In this document: positions 10,301 to 21,441 of the stretch, piece after piece
How positions within the stretch are numbered: position 1 is the stretch's first letter
How the letters are laid out: each line of letters starts with the position of its first letter
Assembly (NCBI GenBank): GCA_023266195.1
Contig: JAHFRP010000002.1
Span: 154,779 to 218,778 of the forward strand
DNA from: Sulfuricella sp.
GTDB taxonomy: Bacteria; Pseudomonadota; Gammaproteobacteria; Burkholderiales; Sulfuricellaceae
Length of the DNA: 64,000 nt
Reading direction: 5' to 3'
Notes under the pieces: model-generated
What the model saw: the letters and a program-made list of their open reading frames with translations, nothing else
Told to the model about the DNA's origin: nothing
The model's database searches: none
Position numbers and translations under genes: made by a program

Positions 10301-10955
10301 GATCGTCCGGCTGGGGGCCGAAATCGAAGCGCTCGGCGCGGTGAACCTGGCGGCGTTGGAAGAACTACAAACCAGCCGCGAGCGCAAGGGCTATCTCGAA
10401 GCTCAGGCGAGTGACTTGAACCAGGCGATCGATACGCTGGAGCAGGCGATCCGCCGCATCGACCGGGAAACGCGGGAGCGTTTGCAAGCGACATTCGACG
10501 CGGTCAATCGCGGCTTCGGCGAGCTGTTCCCGTCGCTGTTCGGCGGCGGCCATGCGCGCCTGGTGCTGACCGGCGAAGAAATCCTCGATGCCGGCGTGCA
10601 GATCGTCGCGCAGCCGCCGGGTAAGAAGAACAGCTCGATTCACCTGCTGTCCGGCGGCGAGAAGGCGCTGACCGCGCTGGCGCTGACCTTCTCCCTGTTT
10701 CAGCTCAACCCGGCGCCGTTCTGCCTGCTCGACGAGGTGGACGCGCCGCTCGACGACTCGAATACCGAACGCTTTTGCGAGATGGTGAAGAAAATGTCGA
10801 AAGAGACCCAGTTCATCTACATCAGCCATAATAGAATCACCATGGAAATGGCGGAGCAGCTGGTCGGCGTGACCATGCAGGAAATGGGCGTGTCGCGCGT
10901 GGTGGCGGTGGATATCGAACAAGCGCTGCGGATGAGCGAAGCGGCGTCCGCCTGA
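7395..10955 (+). CDS. smc: Chromosome segregation protein SMC
   Basis: 1186 aa; Walker A GPNGCGKSN, coiled coils, hinge, LSGGE signature, Walker B LLDEVDAPLD. Confidence 0.97.
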   Translation: MRLTHIKLAGFKSFVDPTAIPVPGQRVGVVGPNGCGKSNVIDAVRWVLGESRARELRGESMQDVIFSGSATRKPVGRASVELIFDNSLGKAAGQWSQYAEISVKRVLTRSGESTYHINNLHVRRRDITDIFLGTGLGARAYAIIEQGMISRIIEARPEELRVFLEEAAGISRYKERRRETELRLKDARDNLLRVEDVRQELDRQIGKLEGQAAVAEQYLALQVRLKLTQSLLALAKKRAAAAQCERWQREVQRLTTELEAENARLRQAESQLERTREVHFAASDALHEAQGALYAANAEVSKLEQNLQHQRESRRRLDAQTAALRDQHARLEAQRDQALAALQHWRGELVVAGQQVAASKERVRQETIDLPLAEEGFHDGRRRHGDLQRNLAQAEQTRQIEETHRSHAQRNLQQLQARGQRLEQEAGSLPRFDIASLTRKEVELGAADGALAAVQGELARRQDSLPEIERVAREARDGLHAEQRQATELEARLNALLHVQNRLDQNHKLQAWLAKHRLEKLPRLWQSLKIEAGWEDALESALGERLNGIALESLDQASAWLMDAPPAVVTVFEASAGTPSVGTASVGTASAVHEDPQSDPFQPLSSYLSFDGEPQASLADWLDGVYAVEDAATGLARRRDLPVGAMLVSREGHVFTRHAVRFHAPQSELHGVLARQREIDALQGELAPRLEALARRQAAAVRAEGALARLRQEIAQLRGETAEAQQKQHRLQLEVQRLGQSRQQAEQRRAAISAEQAEIGAQLEAEGGQLAAAEEKLTLARNEIAALRERLDRTRQERAELEQRVNRQREALRQAERAAQEAVFVEQNCLNKIGESESSSAQLAEQAQTTGAQLETLCAEQQRGGEESLQQALQQALAERQDREQTLAAARDVLAGAANSLRDLEQQRMASEQKQQPLRDRIGEARLKEQEARLGQEQYEGQLKAAGADETALARELEKAAKPQVLQGEIVRLGAEIEALGAVNLAALEELQTSRERKGYLEAQASDLNQAIDTLEQAIRRIDRETRERLQATFDAVNRGFGELFPSLFGGGHARLVLTGEEILDAGVQIVAQPPGKKNSSIHLLSGGEKALTALALTFSLFQLNPAPFCLLDEVDAPLDDSNTERFCEMVKKMSKETQFIYISHNRITMEMAEQLVGVTMQEMGVSRVVAVDIEQALRMSEAASA
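9135..9172 (+). repeat. REP-like palindrome (family C) in frame within smc
   Basis: 9149-9172 TGTGGGTACGGCTTCAGCCGTACA matches intergenic 38885-38908 at 23/24; partial tandem copy at 9135-9149. Confidence 0.8.
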
Positions 10956-10989
10956 GTTATAATTTGCCAAACAATAACGGAACTATGTC

Positions 10990-12186
10990 ATGAGCGAATT
11001 ACAGATCAGTTTGCTGGCGATCGGTGGCCTGATCGTCGCCGGAGTGTATGGCTTTAACCGCTTGCAGGACAGGAAATACCGCCGTCGCGCCGAGCAGGCT
11101 TTTTCGGCCGGACAGGAGGATGTGTTGCTGAAGGAATGGGCGCGGGATATCCCGCCGGAGGCGCTGGAGGTGCCGGAGGTCAGGGGCGCGCGCCAAGAGC
11201 CGCGGATTGAGCCGGTTGTTTCGGTGCGGGAGCCGGAACAGGATGCGCTTGATCAACCCGATTCGTTTCTTCCCGCAGAGAGGGGGGAACACGCGCCGGC
11301 GCACGCCGTAGGTGATGAGGCGATCCAGGAAAGCCAATCGCCGGATGCGGCGCAGCACAATGAAGCCGCGCTGGATGAAACCATCGATTATGTCGCCCAC
11401 ATCCACCCGGCCGAGCCGGTGAGCAGTGCGGCGGTGCTGATCGAGGCACGGCAGCGCCAGGACGGATTCGGCAAGCGCACCCGCTGGCTCGGCATCAACC
11501 CTTCGACTGGCGGCTGGGAGGAGATCGGGCAGGGCAGCGCTTCGGAATATCGTAATCTGGCATCGGCGCTGCAACTGGCCGACCGTTCCGGGCCGGTCTC
11601 GGAATCGCATCTGCTGGCGTTTTGCGACGCGGCCCAGGCCGTGGCCGATGCACTGACGGCAATTGCTGAATTTCCCGAGCGGCAGCCCGCGCTGGCGCGC
11701 GCTGCAGCGCTGGACCAGTTCGGTGCCAATGTCGATGTGCTGATAGGGGTCAACGTAATCACGCAGAACGGCGACGCCTTCGCCGCCACCAAGGTGCGCG
11801 CCCTGGCCGAAGCCGCAGGCATGAAGCTGCAAGCGGACGGCGCGTTCCACTTCGTCAGTGACGAGGGCGCCGATCTCTATTCCCTGGCCAACCTCGACCC
11901 GACGCCGTTCTCGCCGGAAAACATCCGCCAGCTGTCCAGCCACGGCATCACTTTCCTGTTCGACGTGCCCAAGGTCGCCGACGGCGTGCGCGCCTTCAAC
12001 CAGATGCTGCTCGTCGCCAAGCAGATGGCTTCCACCCTGGGCGGCGTGGTGGTGGACGACAACCGCCGTCCGTTGTCCGAGGCGGGCATCGGCAAGATCA
12101 AGCAGCAGCTCGCCGACATCTATGTCCGGATGGAAGCGCAGCAGATCAAGGGCGGCAGCGACTGCGCGCTCAGACTGTTTTCCTGA
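10990..12186 (+). CDS. zipA: ZipA-like cell division protein (C-terminal FtsZ-binding domain)
   Basis: N-terminal TM, acidic/Pro linker, LQLADRSG, TFLFDVP, VVDDNRRPL; smc-zipA-ligA synteny. Confidence 0.85.
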   Translation: MSELQISLLAIGGLIVAGVYGFNRLQDRKYRRRAEQAFSAGQEDVLLKEWARDIPPEALEVPEVRGARQEPRIEPVVSVREPEQDALDQPDSFLPAERGEHAPAHAVGDEAIQESQSPDAAQHNEAALDETIDYVAHIHPAEPVSSAAVLIEARQRQDGFGKRTRWLGINPSTGGWEEIGQGSASEYRNLASALQLADRSGPVSESHLLAFCDAAQAVADALTAIAEFPERQPALARAAALDQFGANVDVLIGVNVITQNGDAFAATKVRALAEAAGMKLQADGAFHFVSDEGADLYSLANLDPTPFSPENIRQLSSHGITFLFDVPKVADGVRAFNQMLLVAKQMASTLGGVVVDDNRRPLSEAGIGKIKQQLADIYVRMEAQQIKGGSDCALRLFS

Positions 12187-12190
12187 CTAA

Positions 12191-15086
<2,896 letters not shown>

Positions 15087-15090
<4 letters not shown>

Positions 15091-15635
15091 TTTCGGCGCA
15101 GGAAGCATCGGATATTCTCGACCGGGCGGAGCTGGTTTGTTCCGCCGAGGAAGTCGCCGTCGCAGTCAGGCGCCTGGCTGGAGAAATCAAGGCATCCCTG
15201 GGGGACGCCCATCCCCTGGTGTTGAGCGTGATGGGGGGGGCGGTGGTGTTCAGCGGCCAACTCCTGCCCCAGCTCGACTTTCCGCTGGATTTCGACTACA
15301 TCCACGCCACCCGCTATGGCAACGAAACTACCGGCAACGCCCTGCAATGGAAGGTGATGCCCAAGGAGAACGTGGCCGGGCGGGTAGTGCTGGTGCTGGA
15401 CGATATCCTGGACGAAGGCCATACGCTCGCCGCCATCCGTGAAAAAATCCTCGAACTCGGCGCAAAATCATTCCATTGCGCGGTGTTCTCGGACAAGGAA
15501 ACCGGCCATCCCAAGCCGATCCGGGCGGATTTCGTCGGCATCAGCCTACCCAATCGCTATGTGTTCGGCTTCGGCATGGACGTGCGCGGCGCATGGCGCA
15601 ATCTACCGGCAATTTATGCGCTTAAAAAGCCCTGA
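15087..15635 (+). CDS. hpt: Hypoxanthine-guanine phosphoribosyltransferase
   Basis: PRPP-binding [13 protein letters not shown]; YVFGFGMD. Confidence 0.9.
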
Positions 15636-15747
15636 GTTTGGTTATATCAGAAGCCGAATTTGCTGAAGTCAGTGTACTGGCGGTAGAAGTAGGTAGAATC
15701 GTCGGCGGATTGCGCGCGCCCATAAAACGTCAAATTTAAACCCGTCC

Positions 15748-15773
15748 ACTCAGGACTCAGCACTCAGGACTCA
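15748..15773. repeat. Heptamer tandem repeat (ACTCAGG/ACTCAGC) x3.7
   Basis: actcagg-actcagc-actcagg-actca directly before the start at 15778. Confidence 0.7.
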
Positions 15774-15777
15774 TCAA

Positions 15778-16524
15778 ATGTTAGGAATTATCGGCGGCAC
15801 CGGGCTGGCCCAGCTCGCCAACCTGGAAATCACCCATCGGCAAGTCATCCGCACCCCCTATGGCGAACCCTCCGGCGCGCTGACTTTCGGCAAGATCATG
15901 GATCACGAGGTGGTCTTTTTGGCGCGGCACGGCTACGGCCACTCCATACCGCCGCATGATGTGAATTACCAGGCCAATATGTGGGCGCTGCATTCCCAGG
16001 GGGTAAAAAACGTCGTATCGATCGCCACGGTAGGCGGAATACACCCGGATTACGAGCCGGGCTCCATCGTCATTCCAGACCAGATTATCGACTACACTCA
16101 CGGACGCAAGGCGACGTATTATGAGGGCAATGGCAAGCCGGTGATACATGTCGATTTCACCGAGCCATACTGTGAAAAGATGCGGGGCCTGTGCATAAAG
16201 GCGGCCGCACTGTCCGATGAATGCTGTTTCGACGGTGGAGTTTACGCGGCGGTGCAGGGGCCGCGCCTGGAAACGGCGGCGGAAATTAACCGTCTTGACC
16301 GCGATGGCGCCACCATGGTGGGCATGACCGGCATGCCGGAAGCAGTACTCGCGAAGGAGCTTGGGCTGTGCTACGCAGCCATCGCCGTAGTCGCCAACCA
16401 CGCCGCAGGGCGAAACGCCAGTCGTCATGCCATCAGCTTCGAGGAAATCGACGTCGTGCTGAAACAGGCGATGCAGCGGGTGCGCATTATCCTTGAACAC
16501 ATGGTCGACCTGAATGGCGATTAG
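15778..16524 (+). CDS. mtnP: S-methyl-5'-thioinosine/thioadenosine phosphorylase
   Basis: [29 protein letters not shown]; next to hpt. Confidence 0.88.
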   Translation: MLGIIGGTGLAQLANLEITHRQVIRTPYGEPSGALTFGKIMDHEVVFLARHGYGHSIPPHDVNYQANMWALHSQGVKNVVSIATVGGIHPDYEPGSIVIPDQIIDYTHGRKATYYEGNGKPVIHVDFTEPYCEKMRGLCIKAAALSDECCFDGGVYAAVQGPRLETAAEINRLDRDGATMVGMTGMPEAVLAKELGLCYAAIAVVANHAAGRNASRHAISFEEIDVVLKQAMQRVRIILEHMVDLNGD

Positions 16525-17044
16525 GACAGTATTGCGCATGGGCGATCCGCGCCTGCAGGAAATCGCGTCACCGGTGGACGTTTTCGACACTTTGGAATTG
16601 CATGTCCTGATCCAGGACATGCGCGATACCATGGCAGCATGCAGCGGCGTGGGACTAGCCGCGCCCCAGATCGGTGTCGGCCTGCAAGTGGTGGTTTTCG
16701 GCATGGCGCGCAACCCGCGCTACCCCGAAGCCGAGCCGGTGCCCGACACGGTTTTGATCAACCCGGTGCTGACGCCGCTGGGCGAGGAACAGGAAGAGGG
16801 CGGAGAAGGCTGCCTGAGTATTCCCGGTATGCGTGGTTTGGTGCCGCGCTACAAGCAGTTGCGCTACCAGGGCTTCGATCAGTTTGGCGGCGTTATCGAC
16901 TTAACGGTCGGCGATTTCCACGCGAGGGTGGTGCAGCATGAATGTGACCACCTGCAAGGCATTCTTTATCCGATGCGGATCAGGGATTTGCGGAAATTCG
17001 GTTTTACCGATGTGCTGCTCACGGATACTGCGAGTCCCGGCTAG
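16514..17044 (+). CDS. def: Peptide deformylase
   Basis: [22 protein letters not shown] motifs. Confidence 0.95.
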   Translation: MAIRTVLRMGDPRLQEIASPVDVFDTLELHVLIQDMRDTMAACSGVGLAAPQIGVGLQVVVFGMARNPRYPEAEPVPDTVLINPVLTPLGEEQEEGGEGCLSIPGMRGLVPRYKQLRYQGFDQFGGVIDLTVGDFHARVVQHECDHLQGILYPMRIRDLRKFGFTDVLLTDTASPG

Positions 17045-17085
17045 GCGGCAGATCGCCTACGCTATTGATTCGACAGTTGGATGTT

Positions 17086-17153
17086 GTTATTCCTGGCTTG
17101 ACGGAATCCAGGAGTCTGGTCGGCGCCGGATTCCGCGCCTGTGCGGGAATGAC
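17086..17153. repeat. ATTCC-Nx-GGAAT palindrome doublet
   Basis: gttattcctggcttgacggaatccag and cggattccgcgcctgtgcgggaatgac in inverted arrangement; resembles GTCATTCCCGCG..GCGGGAATCC (dRS3-like) repeats. Confidence 0.6.
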
Positions 17154-17334
17154 GGAGCTTCAATATTCTGGCATGTTTAACTCCAAGAACCATTCTGCAA
17201 ATCTGTTTCAATCCTCTCCCTCGTTCAAGTAACATGGGGGCTACGGAAATATCATATTTAAAAATATTTCAACACTGTAGCCTGCCATCTCTTGTCGGTC
17301 ATAAAATTACTGGTTAGCGCTCATCTTCTGTCAT

Positions 17335-17499
17335 GTAGGCTGGGTTAGCGGTTTTATCGCGCTCAACACCAAAATTTTGAAGGGAAATTGGGTTTGTCGG
17401 GTTACCCCACAATGGGATTCCGCCCCGCTACGAGCCGTAAAAACCGGCTCGTGCGAGATCGTATGCGGCGCAAAGTGTCGCGCCTAACCCAACCTGCAT
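17335..17499. repeat. Decayed GTAGGTTGGGTTAG-type REP doublet, family D
   Basis: gtaggctgggttagcg at 17335; ttgggtttgtcgggttac at 17388 and gcggcgcaaagtgtcgcgcctaacccaacctgcat at 17465-17499 match the two halves of 43966-44015. Confidence 0.65.
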
Positions 17500-17609
17500 T
17501 TTCCGCCGGCTGAAGCTGAGCGCTAATCGGAAATAATATGGCATTTCCTACCTTGACGAGCCGATACTTCCATCGCTCGCGTGTTTTACGTTAACAAGAA
17601 AGGTTTCAT

Positions 17610-18044
17610 ATGAAAAAAATAGGCATGATAGTCGCTTTGATGACGCTGCTATTATCATTAGGGGCGCATGCCGCAGGGCCGAAGACAACGGCTGCGGTTG
17701 CGACCAAGGAAGTGGAGACTCCTTCCGGCATCGGCATAACCACTCTGAAGGCGGGAACCGGCGATAGCCCGAAAGCAACGGATACGGTCAAGGTTCACTA
17801 TCGGGGAACCCTGCTTGACGGAAAGGAGTTCGACAGCTCCTACAAAAGAGGCCAGCCGGCCAGTTTCCCCCTGAATCGGGTCATTCCCTGCTGGACTGAA
17901 GGCGTTCAAACCATGAAGACCGGCGGCAAGGTTAAGCTGGTTTGCCCCGGCAACCTGGCCTACGGCTCGCGCGGCGTTCCTGGAACCATTCCACCCGATG
18001 CCACGCTGGTTTTTGAGGTGGAACTGCTAGAAATTGAGAAGTAG
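17610..18044 (+). CDS. FKBP-type peptidyl-prolyl cis-trans isomerase, exported
   Basis: Signal peptide; VKVHYRGTLLDGKEFDSSY, VIPCWTEG, IPPDATLVFEVELL. Confidence 0.95.
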   Translation: MKKIGMIVALMTLLLSLGAHAAGPKTTAAVATKEVETPSGIGITTLKAGTGDSPKATDTVKVHYRGTLLDGKEFDSSYKRGQPASFPLNRVIPCWTEGVQTMKTGGKVKLVCPGNLAYGSRGVPGTIPPDATLVFEVELLEIEK

Positions 18045-18267
18045 AGCCTGGATCGGGTAGATGGGCGCAATAACCGAAGGGCGTTGCGCCGCATGGTTGC
18101 GAATTCGAGGTGCCGGCTATGCTTAATGACCGTTTTCTCCCCCATTTCCGGCGCGCATACCCGGCTGTGGCTGCCGCCGCTGGTTTTCGTTCTTCACCGC
18201 GATGGCGGACATCTCCGGCGCCTTTCTGTTGCTGCCGTTACGGATGAGCGCGCTGAACCATACTTCT

Positions 18268-18404
18268 CCTCTCAAGAAACACCATGCAACCCATTGTTTC
18301 TGTAGGGTGCGCCGTGCGCACCAGTAGCCGCAATGGTGCGCACGGCGCACCCTACAGTGGTTCTTCGGCGCGATTTGCGGCAAAGGGCCGATTACTCCGC
18401 TAAT
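18268..18404. repeat. Composite REP-cored miniature element, family B (copy 1)
   Basis: Perfect 23-bp inverted repeat TGTAGGGTGCGCCGTGCGCACCA (18301-18323 / 18334-18356); both flanks recur inverted at 29701-29808. Confidence 0.85.
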
Positions 18405-18625
18405 CTGGCGGCCACGTCCGGCGGCGTTTGCCGCTACCCGCGCGAAGGCCGCATGGTCTGGCCGCTGGCGTGGTGATTGCGGCCGGCATGCTGTCGCTTT
18501 TTGCCTTGTTGGGCCTGGCCGGCTGGCTTATGATGCTGCGATCAATTAAAAAATCGCAGAGCGATCCTTCGGCCCCCTCGTCCGTTTGCAGGCGAGGGCG
18601 GAGGAGAGGGATCGGGGAGAAATCA

Positions 18626-19009
18626 ATGACATTTTACGGTCTGCTTGCCGTCGGCGCGGGCGCGGCGGTGGGCGCCTGGCTGCGCTGGTGGTTCGGCATC
18701 CTGTGGAACCCGGTGTTTCCCACACTGCCGCTGGGGACGCTGGCCGCAAACCTGGTGGGAGGCTACTTGATGGGGCTGGCGGTGGCGCTTTTCGCCGACC
18801 ATCCCGGCCTGCCGCCGGAGGCGCGCCTGCTGCTCGCCACGGGTTTTCTCGGCGGCCTCACCACGTTTTCCACTTTCTCGGCCGAAACCGCTATCTTGCT
18901 GCTGCGCGCCCAGTATGCCTGGGGCGCGGCGATCATTCTGGCACATGTCGCCGGTTCGCTGGCGATGACCGTGTTCGGCATCTGGACCGTCAAATTCATG
19001 AAAGGGTAA
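18626..19009 (+). CDS. crcB: Fluoride channel Fluc/CrcB
   Basis: GTLAANLVG and GFLGGLTTFSTFSAE signatures; start at ATG 18626 (127 aa). Confidence 0.95.
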   Translation: MTFYGLLAVGAGAAVGAWLRWWFGILWNPVFPTLPLGTLAANLVGGYLMGLAVALFADHPGLPPEARLLLATGFLGGLTTFSTFSAETAILLLRAQYAWGAAIILAHVAGSLAMTVFGIWTVKFMKG

Positions 19010-19013
19010 AACC

Positions 19014-19349
19014 ATGCAGGGAGTTTGTCTGAAGTTTTTCGTCAGCGAAGTGCAGCGGCACGGCGGCGAGCTGGTCTACGAGTGGCTGCTGGAACGGGCG
19101 AAAGCCATGGGCATTCCGGGTGGTACCGCGCTACGCGCTACTGCCGGCTTTGGCCGCCACGGGCGGTTGCACGAGGAGGCGTTTTTCGAGTTGGCGGGCG
19201 ATCTGCCAGTCGAGGTCGAGTTCCTGGTGAGCGAAGTGCAGGCCGAACGTTTACTGGACTTGCTCAAGGCGGAAGACTTGCGGCTATTTTATGCGCGCAT
19301 GTCGGCGGAATACGGTATTACGCCCGCGCTTGGCATCCCCATCGATTGA
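19014..19349 (+). CDS. DUF190 PII-like protein (CrcB-associated)
   Basis: YEWLL..A..GI.G.T..R...GFG.HG....LPVEVE pattern; 4 nt after crcB. Confidence 0.85.
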   Translation: MQGVCLKFFVSEVQRHGGELVYEWLLERAKAMGIPGGTALRATAGFGRHGRLHEEAFFELAGDLPVEVEFLVSEVQAERLLDLLKAEDLRLFYARMSAEYGITPALGIPID

Positions 19350-20826
19350 TCAGCATTCTGGCGGCATTTGCGACTTCCGTCGCGGTCAGCCCGATCGGGC
19401 CTGTCCCTTGCGCCACCAGTTCGTCCGCTGCCGCGCCGTGCAGGTACACGGCGAGCAACAGCGCTTGCTGCGGCGTCAGGCGCTGGGCGACCAGCGCGGC
19501 GATCATGCCCGACAGCACGTCTCCCATCCCCGCGCTGGACAGGCCGGGGTTGCCGGTGGGATTGACGAACCATTCCCCGTTCTGCAGCGCGCAGATGCTG
19601 CCCGCGCCTTTCAAAACCACCAGGCTGTTGCAGCGCTTGGCCAGCATCACGGCACAAGTCACCCGTTCCTGCTGGATGTCATGGGTGGAAATCGCCATCA
19701 GGCGCGCCGCTTCGGCGGGATGGGGAGTGAGAATCGTGCCGCCGCGGCGGTCGCTCAGCAGCGCTTGTAGTTGTGCATGGCCGGCGATCAGGTTGAGCGC
19801 ATCGGCATCGAGCACCAGCGGCAGTTCGGTTTCCAGCGCACGCCGGAGCAGCTGTGCCGCTTCGTCCGATTGGCCCAGTCCCGGCCCCACGACCAGACAG
19901 CTCAAATTTTCCGGCTCAAACAGTTTTTCCGCACCGCACAGCATCAGTTCGGGCTGCTCCACGTCCACCGTCGGCGCATCGGCGTCGAGCAGGGCGGCAT
20001 AGATACGGCCCGCCCCCAGCTTGAGCGCCGCCCGCCCGGCAAGCAGCGCGGCGCCGTTCATCGAGGGCGCGCCACCGAGTATGCCGACGCTACCGAGCAT
20101 GCCCTTGTGGCTGTTGCGCGGGCGCGGTTTGAGTGCGGCGGTCACGCCGTCTTTTCCCAGCAGCCAGCCGCTCGGCCTGAGCAGGGCAGGGGCGTCGAGG
20201 CCCAGCGTATCGACATGGATTTCGCCGCAGTAGTCCGGCCCATAGGCGGTGAACAGGCCCGGCTTGAGGCCGATGAAGCTGAGGGTGTGGCTGGCGCGTA
20301 TCGCGGCACGGAAAGTCTGGCCGGAATCGGCATCCAGTCCGCTCGGCACGTCCAGCGCCAGCACCGGCAGGTGCATGGCGTTGATTGCCCTGGTCAGTTC
20401 GAGGGCCGGCCCTTCGAGGTCGCGCGCCAGACCGATGCCGAACAGGCCGTCGATCACCAGGCCCCATTTGCCGCGCGGCGGGATGGCGTCGAGCAGCTCG
20501 CCGCCCGCTGCGCGCCAGGCGTCGAGCGCACGGGCCGCATCCGGCGACAGCCTGGCCGGGTCGCCGGTGAAAACGACCGTTACCTTGAACCACCGCGCCT
20601 TGAGATGGCGCGCCGCCACCAGCGCGTCACCGCCGTTGTTGCCCGGCCCGGCCAAAACCAGCACGGAGGTTTTGCCCGTGAGCAGGCCGCATGCCATTTC
20701 GGCCGCAGCCAGTCCGGCGCGTTCCATCAGGCCGGCGATGCCGCTGTTCAGCGCAATTTGCTCCAGCTGCCTGATTTCGTGGGTGAGGTAGACCGGCGGA
20801 AAGAGGGGAGATGCGGGCGATTTCAT
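19318..20826 (-). CDS. nnr: Bifunctional NAD(P)H-hydrate epimerase/dehydratase (YjeF family)
   Basis: LMERAG, GPGNNGGD, DVPSGLD, NSHKG, GPGLG, LVLDADAL, LTPHPAEAARL, GMGDVLSG; start at ATG 20826 (502 aa). Confidence 0.95.
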   Translation of the reverse strand: MKSPASPLFPPVYLTHEIRQLEQIALNSGIAGLMERAGLAAAEMACGLLTGKTSVLVLAGPGNNGGDALVAARHLKARWFKVTVVFTGDPARLSPDAARALDAWRAAGGELLDAIPPRGKWGLVIDGLFGIGLARDLEGPALELTRAINAMHLPVLALDVPSGLDADSGQTFRAAIRASHTLSFIGLKPGLFTAYGPDYCGEIHVDTLGLDAPALLRPSGWLLGKDGVTAALKPRPRNSHKGMLGSVGILGGAPSMNGAALLAGRAALKLGAGRIYAALLDADAPTVDVEQPELMLCGAEKLFEPENLSCLVVGPGLGQSDEAAQLLRRALETELPLVLDADALNLIAGHAQLQALLSDRRGGTILTPHPAEAARLMAISTHDIQQERVTCAVMLAKRCNSLVVLKGAGSICALQNGEWFVNPTGNPGLSSAGMGDVLSGMIAALVAQRLTPQQALLLAVYLHGAAADELVAQGTGPIGLTATEVANAARMLINRWGCQARA

Positions 20827-21060
20827 GGCGAACGGTAGCTTGATTTGAGGAATGTCAACGACAAGTTTACCGGTTTGTCCTAAGATGGCAACATGCCGGC
20901 GAGAGGTAGCATCACTGTCGTCGGCACGGCTGCAGATCCGGCATGGATTGTTGCCGTTGCCGAACAGCGTCACGCGGGCGACCGCGGCGACGATTTCTTC
21001 GGTATGCGTGACAAAGAGACTGTGCTGAGCAACAATAACACCAGTCCGGAAAAGCGAAAT

Positions 21061-21441
21061 ATGACCCTGAACAAAATTTTGTACGTGGAAGACGAGCCGG
21101 ATCTTCAGGCGTTGACCAAGCTGGTGCTGGAAATGCTCGGCGGTTTTACGGTAAAGGTCTGCGGCTCGGGCGCCGAGGCGCTGGAGCAGGCGTCCGCGTT
21201 CGCACCCGATCTGTTCCTGCTCGACATGAGGATGCCGGGGATGGACGGTCCGACTACGCTGCAATCGCTGCACGCCATCCCGGAGTTGGCGGCGACGCCG
21301 GCAATCTTCATGACTGCGATGCTGCCGGATGAAATCGCGAACTTCAAAACGCAGGGCGCGCTTGGCATGATTGCCAAGCCGTTCGACCCGACGACTTTGG
21401 CCGACACCATCCGCACAATCTGGAAGCAACGTCATGACTAG
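21061..21441 (+). CDS. Single-domain response regulator (REC)
   Basis: ILYVEDE, FLLDMRMPGMDG, IAKPFDP; start at ATG 21061. Confidence 0.9.
   Translation: MTLNKILYVEDEPDLQALTKLVLEMLGGFTVKVCGSGAEALEQASAFAPDLFLLDMRMPGMDGPTTLQSLHAIPELAATPAIFMTAMLPDEIANFKTQGALGMIAKPFDPTTLADTIRTIWKQRHD

Noticed and set aside
17160-17330. AT-rich block with minus-strand peptide RERIETDLQNGSW, faintly like a methyltransferase C-terminus
   Set aside because: Too short and interrupted by stops to support a call
18428-18625. 66-aa N-terminal extension of CrcB with a hydrophobic stretch
   Set aside because: CrcB homology and a GGAGA RBS begin at ATG 18626; the upstream part may be a gene fragment but cannot be assigned
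18405-18625. Fluoride riboswitch expected upstream of crcB
   Set aside because: No GGxGATGG...TGATG core found; only a GC-rich hairpin at about 18563-18613
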